A stretch of 64,000 nt of DNA from Novosphingobium sp. (lineage in GTDB: Bacteria; Pseudomonadota; Alphaproteobacteria; Sphingomonadales; Sphingomonadaceae): the NCBI GenBank assembly GCA_051955585.1, contig JBQCGM010000110.1:17495-81494 (forward strand). The letters are read 5' to 3'. Below, one piece after another: positions 36,393 through 47,055 of this stretch (position 1 is its first letter; each line of letters begins with the position of its first letter). Below the pieces are notes generated by a model, which saw only the letters and a program-made list of their open reading frames with translations, had not been told where the DNA came from and did no database searches. The position numbers were made by a program, and so were the translations under genes.

Positions 36393-37127
36393 CTAGCCGG
36401 TTATTTCGTCCAGGACCCGAGCGAAACAAGCCACAACCACCTTTTCGGCCCCGGCCCGCTTCAGCGCCGAGACGCAAGCGCTGCTGGTCGCGCCACTGGT
36501 CAGCACGTCGTCGACGAGCACGATGTTCGCGCCTCGCAAGCTTGCCTCGTGCCGTGGGTTCACCCCGATCGCACCGGACAGAGCTCTCGCCCGCGCCTTG
36601 CGCCCCAGACCACCCAGAGAAGGGGTCTGCCTTCTTCGCTCCAGCCCATCCACCAGCAGCTTTGCGCCTCGCGACTTGGCAATCTCGCCCGCCAACAAGG
36701 CCGCCTGGTTGAAACCGCGCCGCCAAAGGCGCCACCGGTGGAGCGGGACGGGAATGACCAGCCAGTCCGCCGCCGCTTCCGGCAAGCGTGCCGCGATCAG
36801 CCGGGCCATCATCTGCGCGAGCGCGATCCGCTGGCCGTGCTTGAATGCCAAGACCAGGCGGCGCGAGGCGTCGTTGTAGAGCGTGCCGGCGGCGATGCCG
36901 TCATGCCGGGGAGGCTCGGCGAGGCATGGCGCGCAGATCGACTGGTCGGCAGTGCCTTCCGAGAACGGCCGCTGGCACAGCGCGCAGCTGGGCTCGCCGG
37001 GAATGACCAATCCGCTCCAGCAGGCTGCGCAGAGGCCAAGCTGCGCGGTGAGGCCCTCGCCGCAGAGCGGACAGCGCGGTGGGAAGACGAGATCGACCAG
37101 CGGCGCCAGGGTCTGTGAGAGCGGCAT
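36393..37127 (-). CDS. comF: ComF family protein / amidophosphoribosyltransferase-like
   Basis: N-terminal Cys pairs PRCPLCGE...CAAC...CALC...CAPC and PRTase motif IVLVDDVLTSGAT. Confidence 0.75.
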   Translation of the reverse strand: MPLSQTLAPLVDLVFPPRCPLCGEGLTAQLGLCAACWSGLVIPGEPSCALCQRPFSEGTADQSICAPCLAEPPRHDGIAAGTLYNDASRRLVLAFKHGQRIALAQMMARLIAARLPEAAADWLVIPVPLHRWRLWRRGFNQAALLAGEIAKSRGAKLLVDGLERRRQTPSLGGLGRKARARALSGAIGVNPRHEASLRGANIVLVDDVLTSGATSSACVSALKRAGAEKVVVACFARVLDEITG

Positions 37128-37179
37128 CGATCTTGGTGTACGCTTGCGCGCACCTCTACGGCAAGGCAGGGGATCGGGC

Positions 37180-37920
37180 ATGGCCAACACTCCCCCGATC
37201 GTCTTCACCCCCGCCCGCCGCCTGGCCGTCCGGCGGCGGATGCTGGGACTGCAAGGCAAGGCCGATGCCCCGCGCTACCTCATCGACGTCATGATCGAGG
37301 CCAGTCAGGATAGCCGAGGCGTCCTGCGGGTCGCGCCCCAGCGCGCCTTGGTGATCGGCGACTGGACCCTGGGGCTGGCCGCCAGCCTGGCGGCCGAGAT
37401 CCTCGAACCAGCCACCGGCTTCGACGAGGAGCAGCCCTTCCCCTCCGGCAACCATGACTTCATCGCCAGCCTCGGCACGCTCGATACCGTCAACGACCTG
37501 CCGGGCGCACTGGTCCACCTCCGCAATGCTCTGGCCCCAGGCGGGCTGATGATCGCCAGCTTCGTCGGGGCTGGCAGCCTGCCGCAGCTACGCGCCGCGA
37601 TGCTGGCTGCCGACGGCGAACGGCCCGCGCCGCGGATGCATCCGATGGTCGACGTCCGCGCGGGCGCCCAACTGTTGCAGCGAGCAGGCTTCGCCGATCC
37701 CGTGGCGGACTACCGCACGCTGCAGGCCAGCTTCCGCTCGCTCGACGGCCTGGTCGCGGACCTGCGAGCCCAGGGCCTGACCAGCGTACTCGCGAGAGGC
37801 GGATCACCGCTCGGCCGCGCCGCCCTCGACCGCGCCCGTCAGGCCTTCGGCGCGGCGGGCGAGAACGGTCGAACCGTCGAGCGCTTCGAAATCGTCACGC
37901 TCAGCGGGTGGCGGAAGTAA
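37180..37920 (+). CDS. class I SAM-dependent methyltransferase-like protein
   Basis: 246 aa, divergent from comF. ...LVHLRNALAPGGLMIASF... post-motif region. Weak motif I. Confidence 0.55.
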   Translation: MANTPPIVFTPARRLAVRRRMLGLQGKADAPRYLIDVMIEASQDSRGVLRVAPQRALVIGDWTLGLAASLAAEILEPATGFDEEQPFPSGNHDFIASLGTLDTVNDLPGALVHLRNALAPGGLMIASFVGAGSLPQLRAAMLAADGERPAPRMHPMVDVRAGAQLLQRAGFADPVADYRTLQASFRSLDGLVADLRAQGLTSVLARGGSPLGRAALDRARQAFGAAGENGRTVERFEIVTLSGWRK

Positions 37921-40581
37921 TCAGCCCAGCGCGGCTTGCGCAGCGGCCAGCCTGGCGATCGGCACGCGGTAGGGCGAGGCGCTGACGTAGTCGAGGCCGA
38001 CGCTCTCGCAAAAGGCGATGCTCGCGGGATCACCGCCATGCTCGCCGCAGATCCCCAGCTTTATCTCGGGGCGTGCCGCGCGGCCACGCTCGGCGGCGAG
38101 GCTGACGAGCTGGCCGACGCCCTCGACGTCGAGCGTGACGAAGGGATCGCGCGGATAGATGCCCTGGTCGACATAGGGGTTCAGGAAGCGCGCCGCATCG
38201 TCCCTCGAAACACCGAGAGTAGTTTGCGTCAAATCATTGGTTCCGAATGAAAAGAATGCACCTTCCTCGGCTATCTCTCCGGCCATGAGCGCGGCGCGGG
38301 GCAGCTCGATCATCGTCCCGACGAGATAGTCGAGCTTCCGGCCCTTCTCCTCGAAGACCTGCGCTGCGACCCGGTCGACCAAGACGCGCAGGATTTGCAG
38401 TTCGCGCTTGGTGGCGACCAGCGGGATCATCACCTCGGGCACCGGCGCTTCCCCGGCCGCGGCAATGTCGCAGGCCGCCTCGAAGATGGCCCGGACCTGC
38501 ATTTCGTAGATTTCGGGGAAAGTGATGCCGAGCCGGCAACCGCGGTGGCCGAGCATCGGATTGAACTCGTGCAGTTCGCCCGCGCGGCGCTTCAGCGTCT
38601 CGACGCCGATGCCGATCGCGTCGGACAGTTCTGCAAATTCTACGTCGCCTTGCGGTAGGAACTCGTGAAGCGGGGGGTCGAGCAGGCGGATCGTCACCGG
38701 CAGGCCGGCCATGGCCTCGAAGATCGCGTGGAAGTCGGCCCGCTGTTCAGGCAACAGCTTGGCCAGCGCGGCGCGGCGGCCGGCCTCGTCCTCGGCCCGG
38801 ATCATCTGGCGCACGGCGGAGATTCGGCCCGCCTCGAAGAACATGTGCTCGGTGCGGCACAGACCGATGCCCTCGGCGCCGAACTGGCGGGCCATGCGGC
38901 AGTCGGCCGGGGTCTCGGCATTGGTGCGGACCTTCATCCGGCGGTGCTTGTCCGCCCAATCCATCAGCGTGCCGAAGTCGCCGATCAGCTCGGGCTCGAT
39001 CGTCGCGACCTCTCCCGCCATGATCTCGCCGCTGGTCCCGTCGAGAGTGAGCACGTCGCCTTCCTTCAACTCGCGGTTGCCGATCCGCAGCGTGCGGGAG
39101 CCCATATCGATCGACAGGCCCGAAGCGCCCGAGACGCAAGGCCGCCCCATGCCGCGGGCAACCACGGCCGCATGTGACGTCATGCCGCCGCGCGCGGTCA
39201 GGATACCGCGGGCTGCATGCATGCCGTGAATGTCCTCCGGGCTCGTCTCGACGCGGACCAGGATCACCGCTTCGCCGCGCTCTGCGCGTTTTTCCGCGGT
39301 GTCGGCATCCAGCACGATCGTACCCGAGGCCGCGCCGGGCGACGCCGGCAACCCCTTGCCCAGCACGTCGCGCGCCGCCTTGGGATCGAGCGTGGGGTGA
39401 AGCAGCTGGTCGAGCGCCATCGGATCGACGCGACGGATCGCGGTAGCCTCGTCGATCAGGCCCTCGCCGACCATCTCCACCGCCATGCGCAGCGCGGCCT
39501 TGGCGGTTCGCTTGCCCGAACGGGTCTGGAGCATCCACAGCTTGCCGCGCTCGACGGTGAATTCGATGTCCTGCATGTCCTTGTAGTGCGCCTCGAGCAG
39601 GTCGAAGACCCGGGCGAGCTCGGCATAGGCCTCGGGCATGGCTTCTTCCATCGACAACGGCTTGGCATTGGCCTGCTCTCGCGCCGCCTTGGTCAGGTAC
39701 TGGGGCGTGCGGATGCCGGCGACGACGTCCTCGCCCTGGGCGTTGACCAGCCACTCGCCGTAGTAGGCGCGCTCGCCGGTAGCGGGATCACGGGTGAAGG
39801 CGACGCCCGTGGCCGAAGTATCGCCCATGTTGCCGAAGACCATGGCCTGGACGTTGACCGCGGTGCCCCAGTCGCCGGAAATGTCGTTGAGGCGGCGATA
39901 GACCTTGGCCCGATCGCTGTCCCAGCTGTCGAACACGGCGCGGATCGCGCCCCACAGCTGTTCCTCGACGTCCTGCGGGAACGGACGGCCCAGCTCGCGT
40001 TCGGCGATGGCCTTGTATTCCTTTACCAGCGTCTGCCAGTCCTGCGCGCTCATCTCGACGTCGGCGTAATAACCGTTGTCTTCCTTGGCGATCTCCAGCG
40101 CGTCCTCGAACAGATGATGGTTCAGTCCCAGGACCACGTCCGAATACATCTGGATGAAGCGGCGGTAGGAATCCCAGGCGAAACGATCGTCGCCCGAGGT
40201 CCGGGCCAGTCCCTCTACGGTCGCATCGTTGAGACCGAGGTTCAGGACCGTGTCCATCATGCCGGGCATCGAAACCCGCGCCCCCGAACGGACCGAGACC
40301 AGGAGCGGATCGGAGGCGTCGCCGAACTTCTTGCCGACCGCCTGCTCGATGTGCGCCAGCGCCTTGCCGACATCCGCCTTCAGCTCGGCCGAAAAGTCGG
40401 CGCCGGAGGCGAGATAGGCCACGCATTCCTCGGTGGTGATGGTAAAGCCGGGAGGCACCGGCAGGCCGATTCCGGCCATTTCGGCCAGGTTTGCTCCTTT
40501 GCCTCCGACCACGGTCTTGTCGCGGGCGCGGGGGTCCTCGTGCCGGACCCCGGCGCCGAAGGTATAGACCTGGTTTACCAC
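37921..40581 (-). CDS. ppdK: pyruvate, phosphate dikinase
   Basis: 886 aa. GGKGANLAEM ATP-grasp N-terminus, phosphohistidine loop GGMTSHAAVVARGMG and PEP-utilising TIM barrel ...GICGEHGGDP.... Confidence 0.93.
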   Translation of the reverse strand: MVNQVYTFGAGVRHEDPRARDKTVVGGKGANLAEMAGIGLPVPPGFTITTEECVAYLASGADFSAELKADVGKALAHIEQAVGKKFGDASDPLLVSVRSGARVSMPGMMDTVLNLGLNDATVEGLARTSGDDRFAWDSYRRFIQMYSDVVLGLNHHLFEDALEIAKEDNGYYADVEMSAQDWQTLVKEYKAIAERELGRPFPQDVEEQLWGAIRAVFDSWDSDRAKVYRRLNDISGDWGTAVNVQAMVFGNMGDTSATGVAFTRDPATGERAYYGEWLVNAQGEDVVAGIRTPQYLTKAAREQANAKPLSMEEAMPEAYAELARVFDLLEAHYKDMQDIEFTVERGKLWMLQTRSGKRTAKAALRMAVEMVGEGLIDEATAIRRVDPMALDQLLHPTLDPKAARDVLGKGLPASPGAASGTIVLDADTAEKRAERGEAVILVRVETSPEDIHGMHAARGILTARGGMTSHAAVVARGMGRPCVSGASGLSIDMGSRTLRIGNRELKEGDVLTLDGTSGEIMAGEVATIEPELIGDFGTLMDWADKHRRMKVRTNAETPADCRMARQFGAEGIGLCRTEHMFFEAGRISAVRQMIRAEDEAGRRAALAKLLPEQRADFHAIFEAMAGLPVTIRLLDPPLHEFLPQGDVEFAELSDAIGIGVETLKRRAGELHEFNPMLGHRGCRLGITFPEIYEMQVRAIFEAACDIAAAGEAPVPEVMIPLVATKRELQILRVLVDRVAAQVFEEKGRKLDYLVGTMIELPRAALMAGEIAEEGAFFSFGTNDLTQTTLGVSRDDAARFLNPYVDQGIYPRDPFVTLDVEGVGQLVSLAAERGRAARPEIKLGICGEHGGDPASIAFCESVGLDYVSASPYRVPIARLAAAQAALG

Positions 40582-40680
40582 TTCATACTCCCCGGGGCTG
40601 TCGCCTGGGCTCGATGCCCAGGTTTACAGATGTTGATAATGTTTATGATGTCCTGGGAGAAAAACCCGACTCTTCCCAGA

Positions 40681-42777
40681 TCAGCCTTCTATCCTTGAAA
40701 AATCAGCAACTTGATGAACGGACTTGCGGAATTGCGCGAGAAGGTCGAGCCGCGCCGCCCGCTTGTCCTTATCCGCATCGTTGACGGTCACGCCGTCGAA
40801 GAAGGCGTCGATGGGTGCGCGTAAGGCTGCAAGAGCGGCCATCGCGGCAGCGAAGTCTTCGCTCTCGACCGCGGCGGCGGCTTCGGGACCTGAGGAATCC
40901 AGCGCATCCATCAACGCCTTCTCGGCAAGCTCGGGCGTGTAGGAAAGGACTTTTTCGTGCCGCTCGGCCATCTTGGCGGCGATGACCGGGGCCAGGTCCG
41001 GATCGTCGACCACGGCCAGCGGGTCCTCCTCTCCGGTCTGGGCGATCTCGCCCTCCAGGCCCTTCCAGTCCTCCTTCTTGAGGATATTGGCGGCGCGCTT
41101 GTAGCCGGCGAGCAGATTGGCGCCGTCCTCGGTCCCGACGAAGGCTTGAAGGGCGTGAACGCGGGCGAGCAGGCGGACGAGGTCGTCCTCGCCGCCGAGC
41201 GCGAAGACCGCATCGATCAGGTCATGGCGGACGCCGGCTTCCTTTTGCTGGACCTTGAGGCGGTCGGCGAAGAAGTCGAGGATATCACCCTCACCGATGC
41301 TGAAGCGTAGGCCATTCTCCGTGATCAGACGGATAATGCCCAGGGCCGCACGGCGGAGGGCAAAGGGGTCCTTCGAACCGGTAGGCTTTTCACCGATTTC
41401 GAAGAAGCTACGTAGCGTATCCAGCTTGTCCGCCAAACTGACCGCCACCGTAACCGGCGCGGTGGGCACATCGTCGCCCTGCCCGACCGGCTTGTAGTGA
41501 TCCCGGATCGCGTCAGCCACGGCATCGGGCAATCCCTCGGCGCGGGCGTAGTAGCCGCCCATCAGGCCCTGGAGCTCGGGGAACTCGCCGACCATCTCGG
41601 TGACGAGGTCGGCCTTGGCGAGACGCGCGGCCTGCTCGGCCAGATCGGCATCGGCGCCCTTGACGATGCCTTGCTCGACCAGCCAGCGCGCCAGCTTGGC
41701 GACGCGCTCGACCTTGTCGGCGACGGTACCGAGCTTCTCGTGGAAGGTGATCCGCTCCAGGCCCTTGGCGTGGTCGGCCAGGGTCTTCCTGCGGTCCTGT
41801 TGCCAGAAGAAGCGCGCATCGCTGAGCCGCGCGGCGAGGACCTTGCGGTTGCCCGCGACGATGCCTGCGCCGCCATCGGTCGCCTCGATATTGGCGGTAC
41901 AGACGAAGGCGTTGACGAGCTTGCCATCCTTCTCGCAGACGAAATACTTCTGGTTGGTCCGCGCGGTGAGCTGAATCGTCTCGGGGGGGACCTCGAGGAA
42001 ATCCTCGTCGAAGCGCCCGAGCAGCGGCACGGGCCATTCGGTCAGGCCGGCGTTCTCGATCACCAGGCCTTCGTCCTCGACCAGCGTGAGGCCCGCCTCC
42101 GCAGCGGCGACCTTCGCCTTGGCACGGATCAGATCCTGGCGCTCGTTGTGATCGACGATCACGTGGCAGGCGCGCAGCTTCTCCTGGTAGTCGGAGGCGC
42201 CACCGATGGTGATTTCGCCGGGATGGTGGAAGCGGTGGCCGAGCGTGGCGTAGCCGGAAACGATATCGCCGATCCGGCAGGGAACCAGTTCCTCGCCGAG
42301 GATAGCGACCACACCCGAGAGCGGGCGCACCCAGCGCAGGCTCTCGGTCGAAAGCGAGGCGGCGCCCCAGCGCTGCGACTTGGGCCAGGGGAAGGCGCGG
42401 ACGATCGCCGGGATCGCCTCGGCCAGGACTTCGCGCGTGGCGCGGCCGGGCTTTTCGGTGACCGCGAAGTAGACGCCGTCGCGTTCGGTTAGCTGATCTT
42501 GAGTCAGCCCGGTCTTGCGCAAGAAGCCTTCGAGCGCCTGCGGCGGCGCCGAGGTCTTGGGCCCCTTCACTTCCTCGCTGACCGCCTCGGTCGCCTGCGG
42601 CAGGCCCCGCGCGATCAGGGCAAGACGGCGGGGGGTGGACCAGACGATGAGCTCGCCCAGGGAAACGCCCGCGGCGTCCATCTGAGCGCGAAACAGCCGC
42701 TCCAGATCGACGCGCGCACCGGCCTGCATACGGGCGGGGATCTCTTCCGAGCGCAGTTCGAGGAGGAAATCGGTCAT
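40681..42777 (-). CDS. glyS: glycine--tRNA ligase beta subunit
   Basis: ~698 aa. [18 protein letters not shown].... ATG 42777 overlaps the glyQ stop (ATGA). Confidence 0.92.
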   Translation of the reverse strand: MTDFLLELRSEEIPARMQAGARVDLERLFRAQMDAAGVSLGELIVWSTPRRLALIARGLPQATEAVSEEVKGPKTSAPPQALEGFLRKTGLTQDQLTERDGVYFAVTEKPGRATREVLAEAIPAIVRAFPWPKSQRWGAASLSTESLRWVRPLSGVVAILGEELVPCRIGDIVSGYATLGHRFHHPGEITIGGASDYQEKLRACHVIVDHNERQDLIRAKAKVAAAEAGLTLVEDEGLVIENAGLTEWPVPLLGRFDEDFLEVPPETIQLTARTNQKYFVCEKDGKLVNAFVCTANIEATDGGAGIVAGNRKVLAARLSDARFFWQQDRRKTLADHAKGLERITFHEKLGTVADKVERVAKLARWLVEQGIVKGADADLAEQAARLAKADLVTEMVGEFPELQGLMGGYYARAEGLPDAVADAIRDHYKPVGQGDDVPTAPVTVAVSLADKLDTLRSFFEIGEKPTGSKDPFALRRAALGIIRLITENGLRFSIGEGDILDFFADRLKVQQKEAGVRHDLIDAVFALGGEDDLVRLLARVHALQAFVGTEDGANLLAGYKRAANILKKEDWKGLEGEIAQTGEEDPLAVVDDPDLAPVIAAKMAERHEKVLSYTPELAEKALMDALDSSGPEAAAAVESEDFAAAMAALAALRAPIDAFFDGVTVNDADKDKRAARLDLLAQFRKSVHQVADFSRIEG

Positions 42778-43688
42778 ATGGTCCACCCCGGGAACTTGGC
42801 GGCCCATTCGGCCTGGTTCTTCTCGATCCAGCCCTGGCAGGCGCCCTTGGCGAGGTCGCGGACGCGGCCGATGTAGCTGGCGCGCTCCTGGACCGAGATC
42901 ACCCCGCGCGCCTGGAGCAGGTTGAACAGGTGGCTGGCCTCGATCGCCTGGTCGTAGGCGGCGAGCGGGATCTTGGCTTCGATGCAGCGCCGAGCTTCGG
43001 CCTCGGCGTGCTGGAAACCCTTGAAGAGCTGCTCGGTGTCGGCGACCTCGAAGTTGTACTTCGACAGTTCCTGCTCGTTCTTGAGGAAGACGTCGCCGTA
43101 CGAAACCCCGGCATCGTTGAAGCGCAGGTCATAGACGTTGTCGACGCCCTGGATGTACATCGCCAGGCGTTCCAGGCCGTAGGTCAGCTCACCGGCGACG
43201 GGCTTGCAGTCGAACCCGCCGACCTGCTGGAAATAGGTGAATTGGGTGACTTCCATCCCGTCGCACCAGACCTCCCAGCCCAGTCCCCAGGCACCCAGCG
43301 TCGGGCTCTCCCAATCGTCCTCGACGAAGCGGATGTCGTGGGCCAGCGGATCGACGCCGATCTCGGCCAGGCTGGCGAGGTAGAGCTCCTGCAGGTTCTC
43401 CGGGTTCGGCTTGAGGATCACCTGGTATTGGTAATAGTGCTGCAGCCGGTTCGGGTTCTCGCCGTAGCGACCGTCGGTCGGCCGGCGCGAGGGCTGGACA
43501 TAGGCGGCCTTCCACGGCTCGGGTCCCAACGCGCGCAGCGTCGTGGCGGGATGGAAGGTGCCGGCGCCCATCCGCATGTCGTAGGGCTGCAGGATCAGGC
43601 AGCCCTGCGCGCTCCAGAACGAATGGAGGCGCAGGATCATCTCCTGAAAGCTCAGTGCGCCTTCGGGCGGTTTGGCGGTGTCGCTCAT
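42774..43688 (-). CDS. glyQ: glycine--tRNA ligase alpha subunit
   Basis: ...[47 protein letters not shown].... ATG 43688 preferred over the upstream in-frame start. Confidence 0.93.
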   Translation of the reverse strand: MSDTAKPPEGALSFQEMILRLHSFWSAQGCLILQPYDMRMGAGTFHPATTLRALGPEPWKAAYVQPSRRPTDGRYGENPNRLQHYYQYQVILKPNPENLQELYLASLAEIGVDPLAHDIRFVEDDWESPTLGAWGLGWEVWCDGMEVTQFTYFQQVGGFDCKPVAGELTYGLERLAMYIQGVDNVYDLRFNDAGVSYGDVFLKNEQELSKYNFEVADTEQLFKGFQHAEAEARRCIEAKIPLAAYDQAIEASHLFNLLQARGVISVQERASYIGRVRDLAKGACQGWIEKNQAEWAAKFPGWTI

Positions 43689-43820
43689 GGCCGGGGCGTT
43701 TGGCGCAGGACCGGGCACGAATCAACCTTCGCTTCGCGTCATATGCGATCACGATAGCTCACCCCGGCCGCGGCGGGCGTTGTTCATCGACTGGTGAGCG
43801 AAAGGCGCTATAGCGCCGGC

Positions 43821-44756
43821 ATGATCAAGCTTATCCGCCTGCTGAGTGCCCAAATCGCCATGGGGGCGCTCGTCGTGCTGGCCTCGCTGTCCGTCACGGC
43901 CTCGGCCAGGCCGGTCGCCCGCCCCGCAGCGCGTGCCGCGGCCCCGGTCGCGACGATCGCCCGCCCGGCATTGTGGAAAATCCAGGACGCGGACACCACG
44001 ATCTACCTGTTCGGCACGATCCACCTCCTACCCAAGGGGCTGCGCTGGTTTGCCGGACCGGTCGAGAGCGCCTTCAACACCTCGGAGGAGTTCGTCAGCG
44101 AAATCGCCGAGAGCGATCCTGGCGCGATCCAGCGGGTCATGATCGCCAAGGCCTTCCTGCCGCCCGACCAGACCTTGCGCGGGCTGCTCTCTCCGACCGA
44201 AAAGGCTTCCCTGGAAAAGGCGCTGGCCGGCAACAAGCTGGCGCCGAACGCCGTCGACCGGTTCAAGCCGTGGTATGCCGGGGTTTACCTCTCGACCGTA
44301 CCGCTGCTGAGCGCCGGCTATGCGGCGGAGAACGGCGTAGAGGCGACGCTGGAGGCACGGTCCAAGCTGCTCGGCCAGCGGCGTGTCGGGCTGGAAACGG
44401 TCGAATACCAGCTCGGCCTCTTCGACGGCCTCCCGGCGGACGTCCAGCGCCGCTACCTCGTCGAGATCGCCAAGCATTCGGCCACGATCCGCAGCGAACT
44501 GGGCCGGATGGTCGAGCAATGGAAACGCGGCAATGCCGCCAAGCTCGCCGAGCTGATGAACGCCGACGAGGACGATCCGCATATGGTCGAGGTCCTGCTG
44601 ACCGGCCGCAACCGCGCCTGGGCGCAGTGGATCAAGGGTCGGATGGACCGACCGGGCAAGGTCTTCCTGGCGGTCGGCACCGGCCATCTGGCAGGCAAGG
44701 ATTCGGTGATCGAGCAACTGACCGCGCTCGGCTACAAGGTCGCCCGCCTCCAGTGA
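43821..44756 (+). CDS. TraB/GumN (Tiki-like) family exported protein
   Basis: Signal peptide, then [22 protein letters not shown] (GTIH motif) and C-terminal ...[11 protein letters not shown].... Confidence 0.7.
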   Translation: MIKLIRLLSAQIAMGALVVLASLSVTASARPVARPAARAAAPVATIARPALWKIQDADTTIYLFGTIHLLPKGLRWFAGPVESAFNTSEEFVSEIAESDPGAIQRVMIAKAFLPPDQTLRGLLSPTEKASLEKALAGNKLAPNAVDRFKPWYAGVYLSTVPLLSAGYAAENGVEATLEARSKLLGQRRVGLETVEYQLGLFDGLPADVQRRYLVEIAKHSATIRSELGRMVEQWKRGNAAKLAELMNADEDDPHMVEVLLTGRNRAWAQWIKGRMDRPGKVFLAVGTGHLAGKDSVIEQLTALGYKVARLQ

Positions 44757-45598
44757 TGCGCCTGGGTGGGGTCTGGTTGGCGCTCGCGGGTGCCCTCGCT
44801 CTGGCGGCCTGCGGCGAGGCGCCGGTTCCCGCCAATCCCGCGCTGTGGGAGGTGACCGGTCCGCAGGGCGGGAAGGCTTGGCTGTTCGGGACGATTCACG
44901 CCCTTCCCCGCCCGGCGGCTTGGCGCTCCCGGCCGGTCGACGCGGCATTGGGCGCAGCGGATAGAATCGTGGTCGAGGTTGCGGAGGTCGATCCCAAGGT
45001 TTTCGCCGAACTGGCCCGGACCCCCGGGCAGCCGCCGCTATCCTCCAGGCTGCCTGCAAACCTGCGCCCGCGGCTCGCCGAGGCGCTGAAGTCGGCCGGC
45101 CTCGACGAGAGCCGTTTCGCCGATCTCGAAACCTGGGCCGCGGCGATCACCCTGGCCCAAGGCAAGGCCAAGGGCCTCGACCCGGGCAACGGCGTCGACC
45201 ACGCGATCGTCGCGTTGGCCGGGCAGCGCCCGGTCGAGGAGCTCGAGGGTACGCGCGACCAGCTCACCCTCTTCGACCGCCTACCCGAGGCCGAGCAGCG
45301 CGATCTCCTTGCCGCCGTCGTGACCGATTCCGGACAGTCGGATCGCCCGGCTCAAGCCTGGATGAAGGGCGACATGGCCGCGATCGAGCGCGAAACCCAC
45401 CGCGGCCTCCTTGCCGACCCGGAACTCCGCGAGGCCCTGTTCTCCGGGCGAAACCGGATCTGGACGGAGCGGATCGCCGCCATGCTGGCCGCCGGGCAAC
45501 ACCCCTTCGTCGCGGTCGGCGCCGCGCATATGGCGGGCAGCGAAGGCCTGCCCGCCCTGCTGGCGGCGCGCGGGTTTACCGTGAGGCGGCTTCAGTAA
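44756..45598 (+). CDS. TraB/GumN (Tiki-like) family lipoprotein (tandem paralogue)
   Basis: LALAACG lipobox, [23 protein letters not shown] and ...[11 protein letters not shown].... Its start overlaps the previous stop by 1 nt (TGATG). Confidence 0.7.
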   Translation: MRLGGVWLALAGALALAACGEAPVPANPALWEVTGPQGGKAWLFGTIHALPRPAAWRSRPVDAALGAADRIVVEVAEVDPKVFAELARTPGQPPLSSRLPANLRPRLAEALKSAGLDESRFADLETWAAAITLAQGKAKGLDPGNGVDHAIVALAGQRPVEELEGTRDQLTLFDRLPEAEQRDLLAAVVTDSGQSDRPAQAWMKGDMAAIERETHRGLLADPELREALFSGRNRIWTERIAAMLAAGQHPFVAVGAAHMAGSEGLPALLAARGFTVRRLQ

Positions 45599-45706
45599 CT
45601 TGCCATTTCCCCCCTTTCCCGCTAGGGGCGCGCCCTTCCCGTCATGGTCATCCCTGGAGGCGTGACGGAGAAGATGTGCAATTTGCAACTCAGAAGGTGA
45701 AGTCAG

Positions 45707-46321
45707 ATGAGCGATACCCTGACCCTGCCGGCCGAGACGCGCGAACGGGCTGGCAAGGGAGCCTCCCGTGCCCTGCGTCGTGAAGGCCGCGTCCCCGCCG
45801 TCGTCTATGGCGGCAACGAAGAACCGCTGTCGATCCACGTCGAAGAGAAGGAACTGCGCCGCCAGCTCGGCACCGGCCACTTCTTCAATTCGGTCGTCGA
45901 GGTCGAAGTCGGCGGCAAGAAAGTGCGGACGCTGCCCAAGGACGTCGCCTTCCACCCGGTCACGGACCGTCCGCTCCACGCGGACTTCCTGCGCGTCGCC
46001 AAGGGCGCCAAGGTCCACGTCAAGGTTCCCGTGGTCTTCGCGAACGAAGACGCCTCGCCGGGCCTCAAGAGGGGCGGCGTGCTGAACATCGTCCATCACG
46101 AGCTCGACCTGGTCGTCGAAGCCGACAAGATCCCCGATGACATCGTGATTGACGTCACCGGTCTGGACGTCGGCGATTCGATCCACATCGGCAACATCAA
46201 GCTGCCCGCTGGCGCGACCGACGGCAGCCACGAAGCCGACCTGACGATCGCCACGATCGTCGCCCCCTCCGCGCTCAAGAGCGAGGAAGGCGACAACGAG
46301 ACGCCCGCCGAAGGCGAGTAA
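45707..46321 (+). CDS. rplY: 50S ribosomal protein L25 / general stress protein Ctc (long form)
   Basis: 204 aa. ...[25 protein letters not shown]... and an acidic C-terminal extension. Confidence 0.9.
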   Translation: MSDTLTLPAETRERAGKGASRALRREGRVPAVVYGGNEEPLSIHVEEKELRRQLGTGHFFNSVVEVEVGGKKVRTLPKDVAFHPVTDRPLHADFLRVAKGAKVHVKVPVVFANEDASPGLKRGGVLNIVHHELDLVVEADKIPDDIVIDVTGLDVGDSIHIGNIKLPAGATDGSHEADLTIATIVAPSALKSEEGDNETPAEGE

Positions 46322-46328
46322 TCCCTGC

Positions 46329-46423
46329 ATTCCCCTCCCGCTTGCGGGAGGGGTTAGGGGAGGGCCTGTCGGGGGTTGGGCAACAAGCCCTCCCCCAGCC
46401 CCTCCCGCAGGCGGGAGGGGAAT
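46329..46423. repeat. compound inverted repeat (two 37-nt arms, each containing a G/C hairpin), family B
   Basis: attcccctcccgcttgcgggaggggttaggggagggc (46329-46365) versus the reverse complement of 46387-46423 gives 34/37 matches. 21-nt spacer. Confidence 0.8.
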
Positions 46424-46426
46424 CCC

Positions 46427-46996
46427 ATGCAGCTCTGGGTCGGCCTCGGCAATCCCGGTCCGCAATATGCGATGAACCGGCACAACGTGGGCTTCATGGC
46501 CTGCGACATTCTGGCCGATTTCCACCAGTTCGGCCCGGTCCAGAAGAAGTTCCAGGGCTGGCTGCAGGAAGGCCGCATCGGCGGCGACAAGGTCCTGCTG
46601 CTCAAGCCCGCCACCTACATGAACGAAAGCGGCCGAGCGGTCGGCGAGGCGCTGCGCTTCTACAAGCTCGACACCGACGCCCTGACCGTGTTCCACGACG
46701 AGCTCGACCTCGCCCCGTTCAAGGTCAAGGTGAAGCAGGGCGGCGGCACCGCGGGCCATAACGGCTTGCGCTCGATCGACCAGCACCTCGGTCCGGACTT
46801 CCGCCGCGTCCGCCTGGGCATCGGCCATCCTGGCCACAAAGATCGCGTGACAGGCTGGGTCCTGGGCAACTACGCCAAGGCCGAGATGGACCCGCTGGCC
46901 GAAATGCTCGGCGCGATCGCCGCCGAAGCCGACTGGCTCGCCAAGGGCGACGATACGCGGTTCATGAACGACGTCGCGATGCGGCTGGCGGAGTAG
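46427..46996 (+). CDS. pth: aminoacyl-tRNA (peptidyl-tRNA) hydrolase
   Basis: MQLWVGLGNPGPQYAMNRHNVGFM... and ...GGTAGHNGLRSI.... Confidence 0.92.
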   Translation: MQLWVGLGNPGPQYAMNRHNVGFMACDILADFHQFGPVQKKFQGWLQEGRIGGDKVLLLKPATYMNESGRAVGEALRFYKLDTDALTVFHDELDLAPFKVKVKQGGGTAGHNGLRSIDQHLGPDFRRVRLGIGHPGHKDRVTGWVLGNYAKAEMDPLAEMLGAIAAEADWLAKGDDTRFMNDVAMRLAE

Positions 46997-47055
46997 CGCT
47001 TCCCCGATAAGTGTCTTAGGATACGAACGGTTGAGAGGATCGACCTGGTTAGAAC

